Source: Eledone cirrhosa
Taxonomy: Eukaryota
Length of the DNA stretch: 64,000 nucleotides
Reading direction: 5' to 3'
NCBI GenBank assembly: GCA_964016885.1
Contig: OZ024740.1
Span: 90,954,001-91,018,000 of the forward strand
Shown here one piece after another: positions 39,472 to 53,491 of the stretch. The position numbers and the translations under genes are program-made. How positions within the stretch are numbered: the first letter of the stretch is position 1; each line of letters begins with the position of its first letter. The notes under the pieces are model-generated. The model saw nothing but the letters and a program-made list of their open reading frames with translations. It was not told the DNA's origin and ran no database searches.

Positions 39472-40059
39472 TGGTGGCTGCCAACTCGTTTTCGAGTACG
39501 GCCACTACTTTATATCCATGTAGGAGAACCACTACCGATGCGCTGAACGAGTGTGGCTTTTTAGTCCAGCCAGCGACTTGAAAACTCTGGTACAAACACT
39601 ACACTTGTGACAATTATTGACACATAGTGCTTTGACTTTGGTACCATGTCACGACAAGTGCAGAGAGATCTCCAGATATAAAGCAATGCCTGTGCCGTGA
39701 AGCTTTTATAGTGAGCAAAGCACTGCACAAAGCCAGTCCCACTCTCTTAACCAAGATGATATTTACCAAAAAGAAGAACAAGTCAACATCATTGGATACC
39801 ATCAGGGTTGCAGGTGTTATATCAGAGTTTTCCTTCTCCTAGAATTCTGCCTTGACAAAGGCTAGTGGGTCATCTCGCCCGGTGATTTTGGATGGCCATT
39901 GACTCTTAAGAGCTCATTTGCCCATTGACAGGTTTTGTTTTTAGTCCTGCAGGATGTCCAAAGTCACCCTCCTCACCAAGAAACCTTGGTGGGGTTGCCA
40001 GTTTAGTCGCCAACGACCCGACCATGAGACAGGCTGTACTGGGATACATGTTACCAGTA
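39472..40059 (-). mobile_element. RTE-derived non-autonomous element, copy 3
   Basis: Direct repeat of 38589-39175. Confidence 0.7.
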
Positions 40060-40725
40060 GCATACATACATATACACACATATATATATAGAAAATACAT
40101 AAATATTATATATATATACAAATAAAAAGGTGAAAGGGGTAAACAAATAGTTGGGAATAAGAAAATAATAAATATATAAATATTGGAAAAAGGTATACAT
40201 GTTTATAGCTGATTTGGGGCACTCAACAAGTTCCTGGAGGAAATGATCAATGAAAATAAGCATTAAATCACTGTATATAATTATGCATATACATACACAT
40301 ACATATATACATATACATATATATACACACACACACACAACCATACAAATACACACATATATGTATACATATGCATACATATACATATATATATATATAC
40401 ATATAGGAAAAAGTATGACCCCGACGGCAGAGCTCAAGCCGTTTCTGAGGCTATTATATATATACAAACATAAACGATTATATACAAATACACATATACA
40501 CACGCCCACACATATCTACAAAAAGTTACGTCGCCACCTTAATAAAGATACACACACAAATATAAACACACACACACACACATATAACAAAAAAAAATAT
40601 ATATATATACATATATATATACACACACACAAATACAACAGAAGCATATAAAATACAATTATATACACACATACATATACATACAGATATATATACATTA
40701 TATATAAACATACATATACATACAT

Positions 40726-40811
<86 letters not shown>

Positions 40812-41280
40812 TATACGCAACACACACACACAGAAATAAATATCCCAAAATAAAAAAAGGTGGGTATGTAAAGGGTAAGGTAGAAAGTAGGGGGAATATG
40901 GAAAAAAAATAACATAGGAAAAGGTTTATATATAAGGGGAAATAAGGGAGAAAAAGAATATAAGAGTACAGAAAGTGAGTTCAGAGGGTGAAAAAATCGT
41001 ACTGGATGTAAGTCGTAGATTGCAGAGAAGAAGTTCGAGGTGGTTGAATCATCGTAGGAATGTCAATCCAGTTACAGATGAGATGTGATTTCAGGTGAGG
41101 GCAACATCTGAAGATCACGGTCTTGGAGCTCAGGCAAGTTGAAGAAATACTTTTATTATATTTTTTCTCATAATTAATTGTGTGTGTGTGTGTACATATA
41201 TCTATATTTGTGTATGAGTATGTATGCGTGTATATATGTGGGTATGTGTGTGTATGTACGTGTGTATATATTTATGATTG

Positions 41281-41404
<124 letters not shown>

Positions 41405-41468
41405 TGTGTGTGTGTGTTTGTGTATTTGTGTGTATGTGTATGTATGGATATGTTGATATATATGTGTG

Positions 41469-41533
<65 letters not shown>

Positions 41534-41855
41534 GGATAGAGAGAGAGAGAGAGATAGAGAAAGTGAGTGAGAGAGAGATTGAATATATGAGAGAGATAAA
41601 CGCAGATATAAGTATGGACGTGTTCCAATTGCAAAGGTCCAAGTTAACTAATTTGAAAAAAATAGTAATGTAAAACAAAAGTGTTTGCCTGACTCGATTT
41701 AAAGTAATAAATCAATACAAAGAACAAACCTAAATTCGGCAAAAGCCTTTGATGCTCAGACAGACTTAAATCTGTTTCGCAAGAATTATTAAGTTAATAT
41801 TATTAATATTATTAAGTGTATATATATAAAGTATACATACTATACAATTATACCC

Positions 41856-41970
<115 letters not shown>

Positions 41971-44900
41971 GTGTATAATAGTACAGTATATATACCGAGT
42001 GAGAGATAGAGAGAAATAAAGATGATAATTAGATAGAGAAATACATAGGTGTATAGAGAATCATCATCCAAAAATCGAATTCACACCTGGCGCATGAAAT
42101 ATCACGCAGTACCAGTAAGCTGTGGCCAGAATATATGTTTTTTTGTTTTTTTTGTTTTTACAACTAACGACATACCTGTCAAGTCAACGGGGAGATCTTC
42201 TACCCATTTTGGGATTAGTGTGATATGTCTTCTCTTGTGAAATCATGTAAAATTTCTGCATTTTGCCTCATTCGCACCGTTTGGGTATTTAAAGGTCGAC
42301 AGTTGCATAATTATAAATAAAAATTATTATAATATTTCATAATAAATTAAATATCTCTTTATATATAGAAATGTTTTGTTTATGCGATGTCTAATATAAA
42401 GTTCGGTAAATATTTTGAAAAAACCTTTTTGCATAATCCATATTTTAATCAAGTGACATACTGGATATATTTCAAAGTAAATGATAAGTATACAAAACGG
42501 TTGAATATAGATGTAATCATTACATGTTAATAATGGCGATTAACAATAACATCGTGATTTTTCTACCTCGGAACACTTTAGTAAATTGAAAATTATTCAT
42601 ACAGAACATATTTTAATGAGAGCACACCTCCCATAATCATACAAGATTCCCATGTGTAGATAATTTGAAATTCAGATATCTTTTTGCGGTTCTGCTACTC
42701 CATGTTTGAATTGCTATCTCAATATTGTGCATCATATAAATAATAATTATATATATATAGAGAGAAATGATGGAGAGAAAAAGAAACATAGATACATATT
42801 TCAATATTTTAGTTGTTTGGGTTTTCTTTTCTAATTTCCAAATATATATATATATATATTTATAGTATTCTTCCAAGTATTGGTTTTCGAATATTGATAT
42901 CAATCTTCATCTGGGTAACCTTCATAAAATACGTCATCATAATGTTCATCATTTGTGAAAGTTTATTTGTTTGGAACGATAGAAATAGTTATATAGTTAC
43001 CTCCTCGTATTACAAAAAGAACATTATTGTCCAAATGAGAAATTTATAATCTGACGAATTTCTCCTTCAGCATACATATCCCTTTATACGGATATTTGCA
43101 AGGCGAAATAGATGTTTGCTGAAATTCACAATTAACTCGGGAAATAATCTCGTTTGATATGAAAGATAATAACACTTTCGAAATAAGTGCTCGAATCAGT
43201 AATGTATAAGCCAAAAAAAAAAAAACGTTCTGAGGAGGGCGTCATTCGTTGTATGGACATATTTGTTTCGCAAAATTAACGGTGATATCTCTAGGTGTTT
43301 TCCTTAATAGAAGGCTAGGCGTCTAGGCCACTGTGACATTTATAACTTTAGATTTTAATATCATTGAACATTTCTTTATTTCTTCAATTGATTAGCAGCA
43401 TGCATATATATGTGTGCGTTTTTGTGATTGTGTGTGAGACTGAGAGAGAGAGAGGGAGAGAGAGAAATATATATAGAGAGAGAGATAGAGATAGAGAGAT
43501 AGAGAGATATAGTATGGTTTCAGTGATAATGTGTGAATGTAACTATTGTGCCACTATTAATACATCAATTATTGTGTGCCGTAGTTTTGTTGAATAATAT
43601 GATATATTGCGACTTAAGTAACGGTCATATTTAATAAGATAATGTGGTGATAAAAAGTGGACGATACTTGCTTTATATTCCGTTTGAAAAATTATATATA
43701 CAACTCAGTGAGCCAAATTGACTAGGCTAAAGATACTTTTTCAGTGGATCGATCAAGTTTCGCATGATTAATTGGTTGTTCAGATTAAGAAATTATTGGT
43801 TCTTAGCTTAGCTAGTTATCAAATTATATACCTGAATTATAGCCAGAAAATATGGAAGAATGTAACTCATTTTTAAACTGCGCAAAATGTAATAATATAA
43901 ATTATAGGTGACATTATTAAATTCGTAGGAATATAATCCTGCATAGCAAAAAAGTTACGACAAAATGTTATTGTTGAAAAAGAAAATGAAGATAAGTACG
44001 TGAAGGTTGTGGGATCTGTGTAGAGTAAACATAAATATTAGATACATTTCCATTCATGAGAATGTATATAAATAATCTTTTTACAGTACGAACAAATGAA
44101 TTAATTTTTCGAAATATATAATCATTTCAATTGAAGCAAATTAGATTGTGATTACCATAATATAAGTCAAACAAATGAATGGTAAATTTAAATAGATCGT
44201 TAAATATGTTCAGAGATACGGATTAATGTGTGCACATTTAAACAATGTACTCATCAATTTCAAAGGATCCACACTAATTTTAATGTTGACATAACTGTGC
44301 ATGTTTGAAGGTAGAATCCAGTCAAATCTGTTGAGATTTTAATATCGCGAACATATGTTATATCGTAAATTGATAAGGATTGCTAAAAAGTGACGAATGT
44401 ATATTCAACTGTGATACAGTCAAAATAGAATGAGAACACATTATCATATATTTTCAGGGAAAAAGTAAAAGGAAATGAATAATGTCATTATATTGCCTAT
44501 ACAGTTTTATCATATTAGAAGAAAATGAAATAATAAAGAGGAAATATTTTCTCGTTCTTGAGCAGGACATTGAAAATGATTGGAGATAAAGTACACGGCT
44601 TCTACCGATGTTTTCACATAGAGGACAAATTAATATATATGCATGCAGAAAGAAAATTGCAAAGGTGTGTAGGATCACAAGTTCTATATATGTTATTAGC
44701 ACTTTTCGTTTTTAGAACTCAGCTGAGGAAAATGTAAAATGTTTTATTATGAAAAATAACAACGAAAATCAAACAAAGGTTTTTTAATACTGTCATGGAT
44801 TAGAATTATGATTGAAATTACAAGCCATTTACAATGTTTGGTGTATATTCATTAATATATTAGTACGAGTTTATGATTATGAAGATTAATTCAGAAAGAA

Positions 44901-44997
44901 ATTACGGCTTTTTCTATAGGGTCGACTTAGATCAATTAATCTGTTCTAACATTCAAATAATTGCAAAAACAATACAAAGTTAAAAACGAAATGAAGT

Positions 44998-45171
44998 TTC
45001 TTCTTCTTCTTCTTCTTCTTCTTCTTCTTCTTCTTCTTCTTCTTCTTCTTCTTCTTCTTCTTCTTCTTCTTCTTCTTCTTCTTCTTCTTCTTCTTCTTCT
45101 TCTTCTTCTTCTTCTTCTTCTTCTTCTTCTTCTTCTTCTTCTTCTTCTTCTTCTTCTTCTTCTTCTTCTTC
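44998..45171. repeat. (TTC)n/(GAA)n tract, probable tail of a minus-strand RTE fragment (45172-45545)
   Basis: Perfect TTC run. The adjacent 45490-45530 (CGTATTCTTTCGGTCATTAC..TGATCGTAGAT) matches the RTE at 3170-3212. Confidence 0.85.
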
Positions 45172-45834
45172 CAGCGATTCCTGTCTATTATATTTTCTGC
45201 GGCTCGATCCTTAACAAAGCTCTCTGATCTCATGGACCCTATATAACCATCTTGCTCGGTGTAAAACCATAGGTCGCTTACTGGTCGGCCTTTCCCGTAA
45301 AATGTTCTTCTACATTCTTTCCGAGCGATTATAACAAGATGTCCGTAATTTGGGAGCTGTGATCTTACAAATGTGAGAAATAGCTCTCTAACAAAAGCAA
45401 CCCTCTGAACACCGAGCTACACAACCCGTAGAATATATTTACACCACTGTCACTTCTGAGGAACCTTTTGTCGGCCGCTTGCATTCGCATCGTATTCTTT
45501 CGGTCATTACACAAAGTTCCTGATCGTAGATAAAAGCCAAACTCGTTTTCTTCAATCCGTTATTCGTGGCACGGATACCGAATGGAAGGAAGTCAGTTTG
45601 GCCTTTTTACCTTCCACACCTCTTCTGATTGCCGAAAGGTGAAGATTTTTTTGCAATGCCGCATAAACGCCTACAACTCTTAGATTTAATAATGTCCCTG
45701 TCTCCAGTCCCGCGTAACTCACCCCGGCATATGTTTTCACATGATTCAGTGAATTACATCCCTGTCGAACAACGCTCTGACGAAAATCTATGAAGTGCAA
45801 GTAAGATATCACCTTCAACAGAGTTAAATAATAA

Positions 45835-46020
45835 TTTCTACGTTTGGCACAAGGCCAGCAATTACCCAGTGCATTACTAGTACTTTATTTTATCGACACC
45901 GTAAAGATGAAAGGCAAAGTTAACCTCGGTGGAATTTGAACTCAGAATGGCAAGGGTTGTAACTCTATGCGTCAAAGCATGGTGTCCGACCCTCTACCAA
46001 TACTGTCAATCCACTGCCTA
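45835..46020 (-). mobile_element. tRNA-head SINE
   Basis: Same family motifs as 1163-1335. Confidence 0.8.
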
Positions 46021-46401
46021 ACAGAGTTATATAATATCTCATGGTTTGCAAATTCCAGACCACTGATCCTACAGCCATCAGTTGGGATACCAATTGCATC
46101 TCAGCTGTTCATGGCAATCCTGCTCTTTAGCATTATGACCAGTTGATGTGAGGATACCTACTTTAAAAAGATTCATCTCAGCAGCATGTATCCCAACACA
46201 AGTACTATAGATACATCAGGGTAACATTGATGCTCTCCATGACCCCCTACACCTGCAGATCCTTTCACAACAGGTCCCATGTAACGTAGTCATACAAAAA
46301 TTAAATATAGTATTCCTAATGTGTATAATATATTAATAGTCTACACAACGCAATATATCCACGAATGACTCCACTATGAAATGATTTATATATACACATA
46401 C

Positions 46402-46466
<65 letters not shown>

Positions 46467-46714
46467 GAAGCACATATATACGCATATGTGTCCATACATA
46501 CAATGTTCTACCATATTAAATGTTTATTACAAGCGAATGAGAAATTAGTGATGAATAATAGTTTTACCCTCTCCCTCCCTTTCTTTGTCCGTGTGTATGT
46601 CTCTCATTCTCTCTCTATATGTATATGTGTTTTAAACACCAATTCAGTGTAATTTATATATTATTTCTCTTCTCTCTCTATATACATATAATATACATAT
46701 ATGCATATATAAGA

Positions 46715-47085
<371 letters not shown>

Positions 47086-47990
47086 AGGTCAATAGAAAGA
47101 GATCCATTGATCTTTGATTCAATTCGGCGTGTTTTATTTTAAGGCATCGTTAATGTGAAAGAAATTGAGAGTTATTTTGGTACCCATCACCATTGTTCTT
47201 CTAAACCTTCTATAGATTTTTAGAGACCGAGAATACTATACTTGTGAACATATTAATTGAAGTCGCCAAATTATATTGCATTTTGATTAGTTGTTGCTCT
47301 TTTTTCTACCTATACATGAAAGCCTCCAAAATATCTTCTTCGCGCCAACAATTACTGTAATGGCAATTTTCACCATTAACAAAAATCAATTATGTTTTTG
47401 ATTGTGTTATAGAAAAATGTTAGCAAAATAGCAGCAGAACTTATACGCACCGTATTGTCATGCTTCAAAAATAGTCAAGTGTTTCTAGTCTATTGTTCAG
47501 GTTCACGAAATATTTAGAACTCTCCCTAAATGTCTATTATGTTACTTATGTGCACGTTTGAATTTATGAGCTAATTAAACAAAAGATCAAATATTATTAC
47601 TTTCAATGTGCTTCGAAAGACTTTCGTGTGTGAAGAATCATGAAATGATGAAAAGACATGTATACGCCTATAATGAAATAAAGAAATGCAAATGTGTTTA
47701 TTTGACTATTCATAGATGGTTAAAAATAACAGAATACTTTGGAAATCATCTCACTACTCGGAACAACATATAAACAAATTCCATATTTATATGCATCCAC
47801 ACAAACGCGATCACATATTGCAGACATATGTATATTATATATATATATATTGGAAAATGTGTGAGATCCTTGGTACAGTTAGGCATATTTGAAAAAAAGG
47901 AAAAGAATGACTTCACTTGAAGAGTTAAATAATTTGATTTAATTTTATAGTATTATAATATTATGAGTTATAAATATGTGTATATGTAGG

Positions 47991-48025
<35 letters not shown>

Positions 48026-48994
48026 GGTATGTATGTGTATATATGTGTATATATGTGTGTGTATGTATGTGGCTGTATATATGTATATATATGTGTGTAT
48101 GTGTATGTATATATATATATATGTATGTGCGTATGTGTTGATATATGTGTGTATATATGTATATGTATGTAATATATATGAACTGTAGATATATTTACAT
48201 ATACGGATGTGAATATGTGGGCTAGCATGCCCCGCCCCCTCACTTCATCTCCCAAGCCAATATCAACAAAACATCTTTAACAAATGTTCCCAACCTATCC
48301 TTCTTCTCTCTTTTTCCTTTCATCCCATTCTTATGAAAATACAGCTATCTTACACCTCATTAAACCCACACAAGCACCTATATTCATCTTCGATATAGAT
48401 ATTTGTAGAAAATATACTTTAAGAGAGTTGATTCAGCTATGCCATAATATATACTCGTCAAAGGTCAGCTAATGAAATAAAACCAGCAGGAGAGGATGTT
48501 TACAACCACCTTCTCAAACATCCTTATCTTGCAACCTCACCCTTTTCTCTGTGTGTATATGTATATGTGTGTATGTATGTGTGTGTGTGCGCGCGTGTGT
48601 GTATATGCTTTAATTCCTCAAAATCTTCATCATCATCAACACACATTAACACTACACCCACACCCCAGACACAGCCAAATCTTTCTAAATCATCTAAACA
48701 AAACTGGATCTCAGTTTGACAATCGCCACAGACGAATGTGAGAAAGTTCTCCAATAAAGGTCAACCAGGTATCTTTAAAATTCTTCCCACCGAAGTTAAC
48801 AAATAACTTCCTAGATCTACCAAATCATAATATTATAATACTATAAAATTAAATCAAATAATTTAACACTACTAGTTAAGTCATTCGTTTCCTTTTTTTT
48901 TCAAATATATATATATATATATATAAGACGTAAAATAAGAAAATTTCTTAAAAAACTTTTTTTAGAAAAATTAACTTACTTACTTAAATTTTCA

Positions 48995-49074
48995 CTCCAA
49001 CTAATTAGTTTCTGCAATGGGATAAAGTCAGTTACGTAATGAACTGTTGAGAATGTCATTGCGTCATCAGGGAG
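48995..49074 (-). ncRNA. type I hammerhead (family C), copy 1; further copies at 49554-49633 and 50113-50192
   Basis: Minus strand: ctcc CTGATGA cgcaatg-(37 nt)-cattgca GAAA c-taatta-g TT ggag. Confidence 0.8.
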
Positions 49075-50631
49075 GGCATTCTCAGCCGAGTCTCCAGGCG
49101 ATGCGCGGACACTGGGGACTCATATAAAAATAATAATAATTCGGCAACTGGAACAGCTATCGAGGACTGGATTACAGCCACTGAAAATTCTCACTGCCAC
49201 TGATCATATGGCCAATTCTAAAGAATCAATCACGTGACACAGAGGCTAGTCAGTAGGAATGGGATGGTAAGATGACAGACGCCTACTAACACCCCCCAAA
49301 CAAATGTTTAGAAGTGGTTTTGGCAGGTTTGCTCGACAAATCAGTGATTTGGAGATAAATATAGATACTTTAATATATCTACTAACATAAGCGCACAGAT
49401 GTACGCTAATGCCAGTAAATACAGAGGTTATGTCATAGTACCTAGGTGGTTCAATGCAGGAGGATGCAGAACAATAATATATAAGACGTAAAATGAGAAA
49501 ATTTCTTTAAAAAAATCTTTTTAGAAAAATTAACTTACTTACTTAAATTTTCACTCCAACTAATTAGTTTCTGCAATGGGATAAAGACAGTTACGTAATG
49601 AACTGTTGAGAATTTCATTGCGTCATCAGGGAGGGCATTCTCAGCCGAGTCTCCAGGCGATGCGCGGACACTGGGGACTCATATAAAAATAATAATAATT
49701 CGGCAACTGGAACAGCTATCGAGGACTGGATTCCAGCCACTGAAAATACTCACTGCCACTGATCATATGGCCGATTCTAAAGAATCAATCACGTGACACA
49801 GAGTCTAGTCAGTAGGAATGGGATGGTAAGATGACAGACGCCTACTAACACCCCTCAAAAAAATTTTTAGAAGTGGTTTTGGCAGGTTTGCTCGGCAAAT
49901 CTGTGATTTGGAGATAAATATAGATACTTTAATATATCTACTAACATAAGCGCACAGATGTACGCTAATGCCAGCAAATACACAGGTTATGTCATAGTAC
50001 CTAGGTGGTTCAATGCAGGAGGATGCAGAACAATAATATATAAGACGTAAAATAAGAAAATTTCTTTAAAAAAATTTTTTTAGAAAAATTAACTTACTTA
50101 CTTAAATTTTCACTCCAACTAATTAGTTTCTGCAATGGGATAAAGACAGTTACGTAATGAACTGTTGATAATTTCATTCCGTCATCAGGGAGGTCATTCT
50201 CAGCCGAGTCTCCAGGCGATGCGCGGACACTGGGGACTCATATAAAAATAATAATAATTCGGCAACTGGAACAGCTATCGAAGACTGGATTCCAGCCACT
50301 GAAAATTCTCACTGCCACTGTTAGTAGATATATTAAATTATCTATATTTATCTCCAAATCAATGATTTGTCGAGCAAACCTGCCAAAACCACTTCTAAAA
50401 ATGTTTTTTGGGGGTGTTAGTAGGCGTCTGTCATCTTACCATCCCATTCCTACTGACTAGCCTCTGTGTCACGTGATTGATTCTTTAGAATCGGCCATAT
50501 GATCAGTGGCAGTGAGCATTTTCAGTGGCTGGAATCCAGTCCTCGATAGCTGTTCCAGTTGCCGAATTATTATTATTTTTATATGAGTCCCCAGTGTCCG
50601 CGCATCGCCTAGAGACTCGGCTGAGAATGAC

Positions 50632-50711
50632 CTCCCTGATGACGCAATGAAATTCTCAACAGTTCATTACGTAACTGTCTTTATCCCATTGCAGAAACTA
50701 ATTAGTTGGAG
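50632..50711 (+). ncRNA. type I hammerhead (family C), inverted copy
   Basis: ctcc CTGATGA cgcaatg..acagtt-cattacgt-aactgt..cattgca GAAA ctaattag TT ggag; AACTAATTAGTT is a palindrome. Confidence 0.8.
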
Positions 50712-50912
50712 TGGAAATTTAAGTAAGTTATTTTTTCTAAAAAAAAATTGTTTAAGAAATTTTCTTATTTTACGTCTTATATATTATTGTTCTGCATCCT
50801 CCTGCATTGAACCACCTAGGTACTATGACATAACCTGTGTATTTGCTGGCATTAGCGTACAACTGTGCGCTTATGTTAGTAGATATATTAAATTATCTAT
50901 ATATATATATAA

Positions 50913-51014
<102 letters not shown>

Positions 51015-51829
51015 GGAGAGGGAGAGAGATAGATAGAGAGATATATATATAGAGAGAGGTAGAAAGACGGAGAGGAGGCGAGAGAGATAGGAATAAATAT
51101 ATAGATATTTACATAGTCAGTTAGATAGACAGATCCATTTATGTTTTAAGGATCCAAATGCGGTGTGAATACTGTTAAAAGCTGTTAACAGTGAATACTG
51201 TTAAACACTCTCACGCGGACTATATATGGAAGTTTATGGTTATGAAATTTCAAAATTTATGAACTTATGAACTGTTGGTCTTAGGGGAGGCAAGCGATGG
51301 AATGGTGTTTCGTGATCAACCAGGTGTTGCCCTTGCATACACGTCTCCCTTTTCCTCAAAACCGAAATTGTACTCTGGTGTTGCAATTAACAATACAGCT
51401 TCACATCAGTGACAGACCAACATATATGTTCTAGGCGATTGGATTCAATCTATGTTAAATAAAGTACCTTCCTTAAATCGTGAGCTCGTTACCCAATCAG
51501 TAAATCGCTCTGTTGATTTTACGATTGCTAGTCAAATACTCTGACCAGTAAGCTAGTATGCTTCACAGATTTGGCACACGCATTGACCACAGTCATGGCG
51601 AGGCCTCTGTGCATATATTTATCCACTTTCGTTTCGGTTTACCGTTGCCATATGTGTTTAATTGTTATTTATTCATACTAGCCACATAATATATTATAGC
51701 CTAAATAACGCTCTAATCGACTCCATTAAGTCAATCTTTGACGACAATATGAGAATAGTGACAAATGGCAGATAAATTAAATCAAACACAACAGAAGGTC
51801 TACGCTTGCTTCGTATACCTTAAACGCGC

Positions 51830-52455
51830 ATATATCAGTGTTCTGCACGAGTTGCTCTAGCAGGTTCGGCAAGTGTGTGGAATCGATGGACCGCTTTTAT
51901 TGTTTTGATTTTTTATACGAAAGCCCTAGTATTGGTTGTCGAATAAATAGTGCTAAATCGAACCCATTCAATGTGAATAGTAAAATCTACCAAAGAGGCA
52001 TAGTGCTCATAATAATCAGGAACAAGATTCAGATGCGTAGCGGGGTGGAAGTGATCTCAGCATAGGTTGTTATAAGGATCAGACGGATGGAATTTACAGA
52101 TGACATGATACTAATTAACTCATCACTTGATGTGTTTGATGGGAAGTTGGCAGGAATGGAATGGAAATCAGTACTGAAAAGCTCGAAACACTCGTCCAAA
52201 CTGGGAGGTATTTGCAGCGTACATGCAGTACCAATGAAGCACATGGTCGATTTCATTTATCTCGGTATCATGTTCGCGGCGGATGGAAGGCAGGAGGCTG
52301 AATTTTGCGCAAGAATTGTTGGAGTTTATTCATTAATGTACACATTTCAGCATTTGTTCATGATAATCTAAATTTGGTATCTTCACTTCTGTATTAGTGC
52401 TAACAATGTTCATGAATCTTGGGTAATATCAGCACATGAAACATGTCAAGTACAG
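51830..52455 (+). pseudogene. degenerate RTE-like RT fragment
   Basis: RINSAKSNPFNV, MEFTDDMILI, DFIYLGIMFAADGRQEAE resemble RT motifs (FADD, F.YLG). Confidence 0.55.
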
Positions 52456-52571
52456 GGACGTTACTGTACGACATGAAGCATGTTCTCCGACGATCTAACG
52501 ATACTGCCAACCCTTAATAATAATAATAATAATCAATGACTGAGACTCAAAGAACAATAATAATAATAATT

Positions 52572-52742
52572 GTTTCTACTTTCGGCACAAGGCCAGCAAC
52601 TACCCAGTACATTACTGGTACTTTATTTTATCGACCTCGTAAGGATGAAAGGCAAAGTTAACCTTGGTGGGATTTTAACTCAGATCGTAAAGGGACGTAA
52701 CTATGCTGGAAAGCATGTCCGACCTCTACCGATACTGCCAAT
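52572..52742 (-). mobile_element. tRNA-head SINE in (TAA)n
   Basis: Same family motifs; flanked by TAA repeats. Confidence 0.8.
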
Positions 52743-52757
52743 TCACAATAATAACAA

Positions 52758-53450
52758 CGAAGTTGGAGAAATACCATATTTACAAGGAGGAGGTAGCCCA
52801 CTGTGTAGGATCTGTGGAGAGAGAGGGGAGAACGTGGCCTACATTGTATCCGAGTGTAACCACCTAGCCCAGACTCACTATAAAGGCTGGAGACATGATG
52901 TGATGGGCAGGGTGATACACTGGAACCTATGCAAAGTAAACAAGATACCATATTCTGAGAAGTGGTATGAGCATAAGCCAGAGTCGGTGATAGAAAACGA
53001 TCAGGTGAAGGTGCTGGGGGATTTTAGGATACAGACGGATAAGAAACTGGAACACAATAAGCCTGATCTGGTGGCTTTGGACAAGGAAATAAGATCGTGC
53101 CTGATTGTAGATGTAGCCTGCTCATTTGACACGAGAGTGCAAGAAAAGGAGACGGAGAACATTAACTGATACCAGGATTTAAAATGGGAGGTAAAAAAGG
53201 ATATGGAACTGCCATGAAATGAAGGTCGTCCCGATTATCATAGGCGTACAAGGTACTACCTCAAAGAGTTTGCAAGGATAGTTAAAGAAACTTAGTCCAG
53301 CACCGCTTTTAGGAACACTTCAAAAGGCATGCTTGCTGGGGACAACAAGAACCCTCCGATACGTCCTGAATATTTGAGGCTGCAGGTAACAGCTTGATAT
53401 TCATGTCAACAAACTTTCCAGTTAAATAACATCAATGACTGAGACTCAAA

Positions 53451-53452
<2 letters not shown>
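52758..53452 (+). mobile_element. 5'-truncated R4/Dong-type LINE (CCHC + REL endonuclease), copy 1
   Basis: CRICGE..EC..WRHD..IHW..DFRIQTD..NKPDLV..DVAC; (TAA)n tail. Confidence 0.85.

Positions 53453-53489
<37 letters not shown>

Positions 53490-53491
<2 letters not shown>

Larger units (their letters stand above)
48921..50903. mobile_element. retrozyme-like array C: 559-nt non-coding unit, about 2.5 copies (HHR on -) back-to-back with about 1.04 copies (HHR on +), inside (TA)n
   Basis: Unit starts at 48923, 49481 and 50040. Inversion at 50320/50321. TTAGTAGATATATTAAATTATCTATA occurs at both ends of the inverted arm. Confidence 0.88.

Noticed and set aside
41103-41152. CTGAAGA tca..tgaa GAAA partial hammerhead
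   Set aside because: No stem III or stem I 3' strand; truncated by the neighbouring repeat.
47625-47666. GTGAAGA atcat-gaa-atgat GAAA..GTA tacg, HHR-like
   Set aside because: C3 is mutated and stems I and III are out of register; possibly a relic but not supportable.
50620-50660. Alternative reading of the family-C motif as a SECIS/K-turn or type III HHR (gagaat..attctc hairpin)
   Set aside because: No stem I or apical AAR fits. The type I HHR using GAAA at 50694 satisfies all helices. The hairpin may be an alternative conformation.
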